Origin: Heteronotia binoei
Lineage: Eukaryota
Assembly: GCF_032191835.1 (NCBI RefSeq)
Contig: NW_026800229.1
Span: 248,001-312,000, forward strand
DNA length: 64,000 nucleotides
Reading direction: 5' to 3'
The notes beneath the pieces were generated by a model that did not search any database, was not told where the DNA came from, and saw only the letters and a program-made list of their open reading frames with translations. Positions within the stretch are counted from its first letter, which is position 1. The number at the start of each line of letters is the position of its first letter. This document shows, one piece after another, positions 58,440-64,000 of this stretch. A program made the translations under genes and the position numbers.

Positions 58440-58706
58440 GCTGGTTTGGTGTAGTGGTGAAGTGCGCGGACTCTTATCTGGGAGAACCGGGTTTGATTCC
58501 CCCCTCCTCCACTCGCAGCTGCTAGAATGGCCTTGAGTCAGACATAGCTCTAGCAGAGTTGTTTTTGAAAGGACAGCTGCTGTGAGAGCTCTCTCAGCCC
58601 CACCCACCTCCCAGAGTGTCTGTTGTGGGGGAGGAAGTGAATGGAGATTGTGAGCCGCTCTGAGATTCGGAGTGGAGGGCGGGATATAAATCCAATATCT
58701 TCTTCA
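58440..58706 (+). mobile_element. Squam3-type SINE ~130 bp upstream of the globin gene 2 CCAAT box
   Basis: Full head, body and tail. Confidence 0.85.
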
Positions 58707-58824
58707 GAGTGCCCCTGGGCATGCACCAAGTGCCCAGCTGAAGAAAGAAGCCATGGGCTGAGACCCAGAGGCTGCTCTGTGCTGCAGTCCAGCCCCGCCT
58801 CCCCTCCCTCAGGCCCCCAAGCTC

Positions 58825-58981
58825 CTCCCCACCAGCCCCAGCCAATGGCAGGGCCGACTGTGTAGGGAGGAGCTTCAGGGCAGGGTATAAAAGTCCCCTG
58901 GGGGAGCCCTCGCTCAGCTCCAGCCTTTCCCGAAGCAGCCAAGCCGAGCTCTGATTGACCAGTCCCCACCCATCAGCAGCC
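58825..58981 (+). promoter_or_regulatory. Promoter and 5' UTR of beta-globin gene 2
   Basis: CACC-like CCCACCAGCCCC at ~58828, CCAAT at 58842-58846, TATAAAA at 58886-58892. Confidence 0.85.
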
Positions 58982-61580
58982 ATGGTGCACTGGACCGACG
59001 AAGAGAAGCAGCTCATCACGTCGACCTGGTGCAAAGTCGACCTGGGGGAAATCGGCGCCGAATCCCTGGCCTAGTAAGGACCCCCCACCCTGGGGTGCTT
59101 GGGGGGAGTGCGTGAGGCTGGGGGGTGGCCTCCTCAGGCAGGACAAGGGTTGTTGGGGTATGTGCAGGGGGTTGCCAGCTCCAGGCTGGAGAACTCCTGG
59201 AGATTTGGGGGCAGACAGCGCATCAGTCTTCACCCTTAATGCCTCCATTTTCTCCAGGGGAAGTGATATCTGCAGTGTGGAGTTTAGCTGTAATTTTTTT
59301 TGGGGGGGGGGGGGTCCCCAGGTCCTGCCTGGAGGCTGGCAGCCCTCGGTCACAACAAGAGGGCTTTGTTTTCTGCGGCCCCAGAAGGTCGGACCAGAAT
59401 CAATGGGCTGAAACTGAATCAGAAGAGTTTCTGGCTCCACATTAGGAAGAACTTCCTGACCTTTAGAGAGGCTCCTCAGTGGAAGAGGCTTCCTCCTTGG
59501 GAGGTGGTGGGCTCTCCGTCCTTGGAGGTTTTTAAACAGAGGCTGGATGGCCATCTGACAGCAATGAAGATCCTGTGAATTTAGGGGGAGGTGTTTGTGA
59601 GTTTAGAGCAATTCCTCAGTGGAACAGGCTTCCTCGGGAGGTGGTGGGCTCTCTTTCCTTGGAGATTTTTCAACAGAGGCTAGATGGCCATCTGACAGCA
59701 ATGAAGATCCTGTGAATTTAGGGGGAGGGGTTTGTGAGTTTAGAGCGGTTCCTCAGTGGAACAGGCTTCCTCCTTGGGAGGTGGTGGGCTCTCCTTCCTT
59801 GGAGGTTTTTCAACAGAGGCTAGATGGCCATCTGACAGCAATGAGGATCCTGTGAATTTAGGGGGAGGTTTTTGTGACTTTCCTGCATTGTGCAGGGGAT
59901 TGAACTAGATGACCCTGGAGGTCCCTTCCAACTCTAGGATTCTAAGACTCACCCTCTCTCTGTGTGTATTTGCCTCTCCCTCCCCCCACAGCTTGCTGGT
60001 GGTGTACCCCTGGACCCAGAGGTTCTTTGCCCACTTTGGGAACCTGTCCAGCGCCACCGCCATCTGCGGCAACCCCAAGGTGCGTGCCCATGGCAAGAAG
60101 GTGCTGACTTCCTTCGGGGAGGCCATCAAGAACCTCGACAACATCAAGAAGACCTTCTCCAGCCTGAGCGAGCTGCACTGCGACAAGCTCCATGTCGACC
60201 CCGAGAACTTCAAGGTGAGCTGGAAGGGGGGGGGGGGGTGGCCCTAAGCCCATATGAATGTATGAAGCTGCCTTCTACTGAATCAGACCCTCCTTGGTCC
60301 AACAAAGTCAGTCTTGTCTACTCAGACTGGCAGAGGCTCTCCAGGGTCTCAAGCTGAGGTTTTTCATGCCTACTTGCCTGGACCCTTTTGAGTTGGAGAT
60401 GCCAGAAATCGAACCTGGGACCTTCTGCTTCCCAAGCAGATGCTCTGCCACTGAGCCACTGTTACTCTCCAGGGTCTCCAGCTCGGGTTTTCCACGCCTA
60501 CTTGCCTGGACCCTTTTTGGCTGGAGATGCCGGGGATTGAACCTGAGACCTTCTGCTTACCAAGCAGATGCTCTACCTCTGAGCCACAGCCCCATTCATG
60601 GCTCTGCAGTGTCTCCAGCTGAGGTTTTTCAGTCTACTTGCCTGGACCCTTTTTAGTTGGAGATGCTGGGGATTGAACCTGAGACCTTCTGCTTACCAAG
60701 CAGAGGCTCTGCCACTGAGCCACAACCCCATTCATGGCTCTCCAGGGACTCAAGCTGAGGTTTTTCATGCCTTTTTAGTTGGAGATGCCGGGGATTGAAC
60801 CTGGGACCTTCTGCTTCCCAAGCAGGAGCTCTACCACTGAGCCAGCATCCCTCAAAAGTCTTTCACATCACCTCCCAACTGGTTCTTTTAACTGGAGATG
60901 CCAGGGATTGAACCTGGGACCTTCTGCTTACCAAGCAGATGCTCTACCACTGAGCCACCTTAGACATATGAACATCTGAAGCTGCCCCTTACTGAATCAG
61001 ACCCCCCCCCCCCGCCCCGGGGCCATCCAAGTCAGTCTTGTCTCCTCAGACTGGCAGCGGCTCTCCAGGGTCTCCAGCTGAGGTTTTTCACACCTTTGTG
61101 CCTGGACCCTTTTTAGTTGGAGATGCCGGGGATTGGTCTCCCTAGAGAACAATGGAGTGCCCAGCAGACATTTCCCTCCCGCCCGGGGCTTTCTAACCCT
61201 GAAGGGGGGGGCTCCAAACTGGGGGATCCCCTGCCCCCGCCTGGGGAGTGGCAACCGTAGATCCATCAGAGGGGCATGTTCTTGTCCCCCTCCCCCAAAC
61301 TGCATTTCTTGCCCAGTGCCCAGCAAGGGTTGCCACTGCAGAAGGGGCAAGAAGCCCCCTGGACCATGCCTTGTGTGCCCCTCCTCCCACCTGGATGCGG
61401 TCGAAGTGCCAGCCGAGGGGGACCCTTCACACTCTGCCTCTTCTCTTGCAGCTTCTGGGCGACGTCCTCATCATCGTCATGGCCTCCCACTTCGGGAAGG
61501 ACTTCACCCCCGCTGTCCACGCCGCCTTCCACAAGCTGGTCCGCGTGGTGGCCCACGCCCTGGCCCTCCGCTACCACTGA
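58982..61580 (+). CDS. HBB: Beta-type globin gene 2, intact, 147 codons
   Basis: Exons 58982-59073 (92 nt), 59992-60214 (223 nt), 61452-61580 (129 nt), the canonical globin sizes and phases. [147 protein letters not shown]; distal His63, proximal His92; AATAAA at 61619. Confidence 0.97.
59360..59945 (+). mobile_element. CR1 (second family) 3' end with ~120-bp internal tandem repeats, intron 1 of globin gene 2
   Basis: GGAGGTGGTGGGCTCT...AACAGAGGCTAGATGGCCATCTGACAGCAATGA repeated about 3-4 times, then CR1 terminus. Confidence 0.85.
60255..61135 (-). mobile_element. Squam2-type SINEs with tandemly repeated head/body, intron 2 of globin gene 2
   Basis: TTGGAGATGC..GGGATTGAACCTG.GACCTTCTGCTT.CCAAGCAGA..CTCT..CACTGAGCC repeated about 5 times. 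Confidence 0.75.
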
Positions 61581-61844
61581 GCTGCCCCCCTGGCCCTGCA
61601 GCAACCCCCTCCCCGCCCAATAAAAGCCGTCGTCTGCAGCCTCAACCGACTCCCCGTGTCATGGCCGGTGGGAGGGGGGGTGGGGGACGGAGCTGAGGAT
61701 GCAAACAGGGCTGGATGGGGGGGCGTTTCCTGTTCCCCCAGACCTCAATTCTAGTTCCCCAAGGAAGCGGGAGAAGCGGGGGGGGGGCAGGGAGAGGGTT
61801 TGGTGGAGGGGGGAGGAGATCTTTGCCTGCCTGTTCCCCAGCAG

Positions 61845-62420
61845 GTCATAAGAACATAAGAGAAGCCATGTTGGATCAGGCCAGTGGCCCGTCCAGTCCA
61901 ACACTCTGGGTCACACAGGAGCCAAAAAAACCCCCAGGAGCCATCAGGACATAAGAACATAAGAGAAGCCATGTTGGATCAGGCCAGTGGCCCGTCCAGT
62001 CCAACACTCTGGGTCACACAGGGGCCAAAAAAACCCAGGAGCCATCAGGACATAAGAACATAAGAGAAGCCATGTGGGATCAGGCCAATGGCCCCTCCAG
62101 TCCAACTCTCTGGGTCACACAGGGGCCAAAAAAGGGAGGTTCACGAGTGGGGCTAGAAGCTCTTTCACTTTACCCCCCTCCACCAAGCACCAAGAATACA
62201 GACCATCACTGCCCCGTACAACAATAAGTTGTGGCTAAGAGTCACTGATGGACCTCTGCTCCAGATGCTTATCCACTCCCCTCTTGAAACTGGCTATGCT
62301 TGCAGCCGCGGCCACCTCCTGTGGCAGTGAATTCCACATGTTAATCCCCCTTTGGATGAAGAAGGGCTTCTTTTTATCCATTCTAACCCGACTGCTCAGC
62401 AATTTCATGGAGGGCCCGCC
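61845..62420 (-). mobile_element. CR1 3' end with tandem 3' UTR units
   Basis: ORF2-end MKLLSSRVRMDKKK...WNSLPQEV on the minus strand plus repeated terminal units. Confidence 0.85.
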
Positions 62421-62899
62421 AGTTCTGGTATTGTGAGGAAGGGAGAAAGGGAGGAACGAAAAGGTCTCGCTTTCCAAACTCACCAGTCCCTTTACAGGGG
62501 GCAGATCCTGCCGCGGCTAGCCAGAAGAGGGGCGGAGAGGGGGGCACTTGGCTCAAGGGGGGGATTGCACACAACCCCCCTCCCGTTTCTGTCAGAGGGG
62601 CTGAAGAGTCACCCGCGGGTTGCCCCAGATCAGGGTTCTCCAACATGGTGCCCAAGAGGGCCTGGGCAGCCGCTGGCATCTTTCCGGGCACTCAGCCCTG
62701 GTTTTTTAGCAAGAGGAGGGGAAGCAAGGGGGGCTCCTGCCTGGCCGCTGGAGGGGAACTGCTGGGCCTCTTTCCAAGCGGGGGTTTCAATGCCGCCACC
62801 TCTTCCCCTCTGATAGAATGCTCGAGTGGGAAGGGGCCTCCAGGGTCATCTAGTCCAACCCCCTGCACAAGGCAGGGAACTCGCAAATAAAAAAAAGGC

Positions 62900-63190
62900 G
62901 AAGGGAGTCCCCCGTGCAAGCACCAGTCGTTTCTGACTCTGGGGTGACGTCGCATCACGACATTTTCACTGCAGACTTTTTACGGCTGGTTTGCCCTCGC
63001 CTTCCCCAGTCCTCTACGCTTCCCCCCCAGCAAGCTGGGGACTCCTTTGACCGACCTCGGAAGGATGGAAGGCTGAATCAACCTCGAGCCGGATACCTGA
63101 ACCCAGCTTCTGCCGAGATTGAACTCGGGTTGTGAGCAGAGCTTGAGCTGCGGGACTGCAGCTTTCCCACTCTGCGCCGCGGGGCTGAGC
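62900..63190 (-). mobile_element. Sauria SINE
   Basis: Same family as 13305-13598. Confidence 0.8.
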
Positions 63191-64000
63191 CCAGGATCCT
63201 CCTTGCTGTCAGAGGGCCAGCTAGCCTCTGCTGAAAAGCCTCCGAGGAAGGAGAGCCGTCTCCCTGCAGCTGGCTCCTGCTCCCCACAGCTGCCTTGTGC
63301 CGGCGCCCCCCGCCCCGCAACTGCTGCCCAGATGCTCCCAACCCGGCCCTGCCTAGTGGGATGGAGACCGAGGGGGGCCCTTCTGCTGCTCTTCCCTCCC
63401 CCCCCCCCCCCGCAAATCAATTCCTGGAATTAGGGTTTGTAGACTCTTTCGGGCTCAAGTGCAGTGTTCTGCTGGAGAAAGTTTTTCTTCCAGACGTTTC
63501 GTTCTCAGCTGCGGAGAACATCCTCAGTGGCGTTGCAGCCGGAGCAGGCGCTCGGACCTTCTTGGCTGCTGTGCATTGAGTGACGCTTGTAGCCGCCACC
63601 ACTTCTATGCTTCTATTCAAACTTTCTCCAGTAGAACCCGGCACTTGAGCCCGAATGATTCTACAAACCCGAATGATGTTGCCAGCCGTGAAAACCTGAA
63701 ATCTTTGATAATTCCTGGAATGGAAAACAAAGATGAGGTGGGGGCGTTTCTCTGCCCCAGGGGCCTGGGGGGAGTTGGCGGGAGCCTTGAAAGGACGTTT
63801 CTGGACTACCCCTGCCCCCCCCCCCAGACCGGGTCCGGTTTGCCCTTAGCTGTCAAGTCAAGGGAGCAGAGCATCTCTGGACATGTACAAAGAGCCCTGC
63901 GGAGGAAACACAACTTGGGGGCGAAGCCCGGAGGGAGAGGCAGGCAGCTGGGCCGACATAGCCATTGGGCGGAGCAAGGACAGAGCCTGGCCCCACGCTA

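Overview
Vertebrate genomic DNA, squamate reptile and probably a gecko judging from its SINE families; GC-rich and very repeat-rich. Genes assembled by hand from the sequence: an intact class I (family 51-like) olfactory receptor (15292-16248, +); a 10-coding-exon Borealin/CDCA8 gene (32964->21689, -) with a CpG-island cell-cycle promoter and one apparent 1-nt deletion at the end of coding exon 1; and two tandem 3-exon beta-type globin genes (54287-55879, with four 1-nt insertions; 58982-61580, intact) just past an assembly gap (53397-53662). Unique DNA upstream of the globins holds two candidate LCR-like enhancer cores: a tandem NF-E2/MARE site plus GATA at ~40.6 kb and an alternating GATA/CACC cluster at ~45.9 kb. 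Mobile DNA includes a very young non-autonomous Gmr1-like (Gypsy) LTR element (880-bp LTRs, tRNA-Leu PBS, 5-bp TSD, one 779-aa gag/PR/IN chimeric ORF), many CR1 pieces, Sauria/Squam2/Squam3-type SINEs, a non-autonomous RTE nested in a CR1 nested in a SINE, an L1 fragment, hAT MITEs and Penelope-type hammerhead-like repeats. About 13-14 kb is a 67-bp tandem repeat equal to the 3' terminus of a CR1 LINE, and several other retroelement families also show internal tandem amplification. Repeat family names come from recognition, not a database search.
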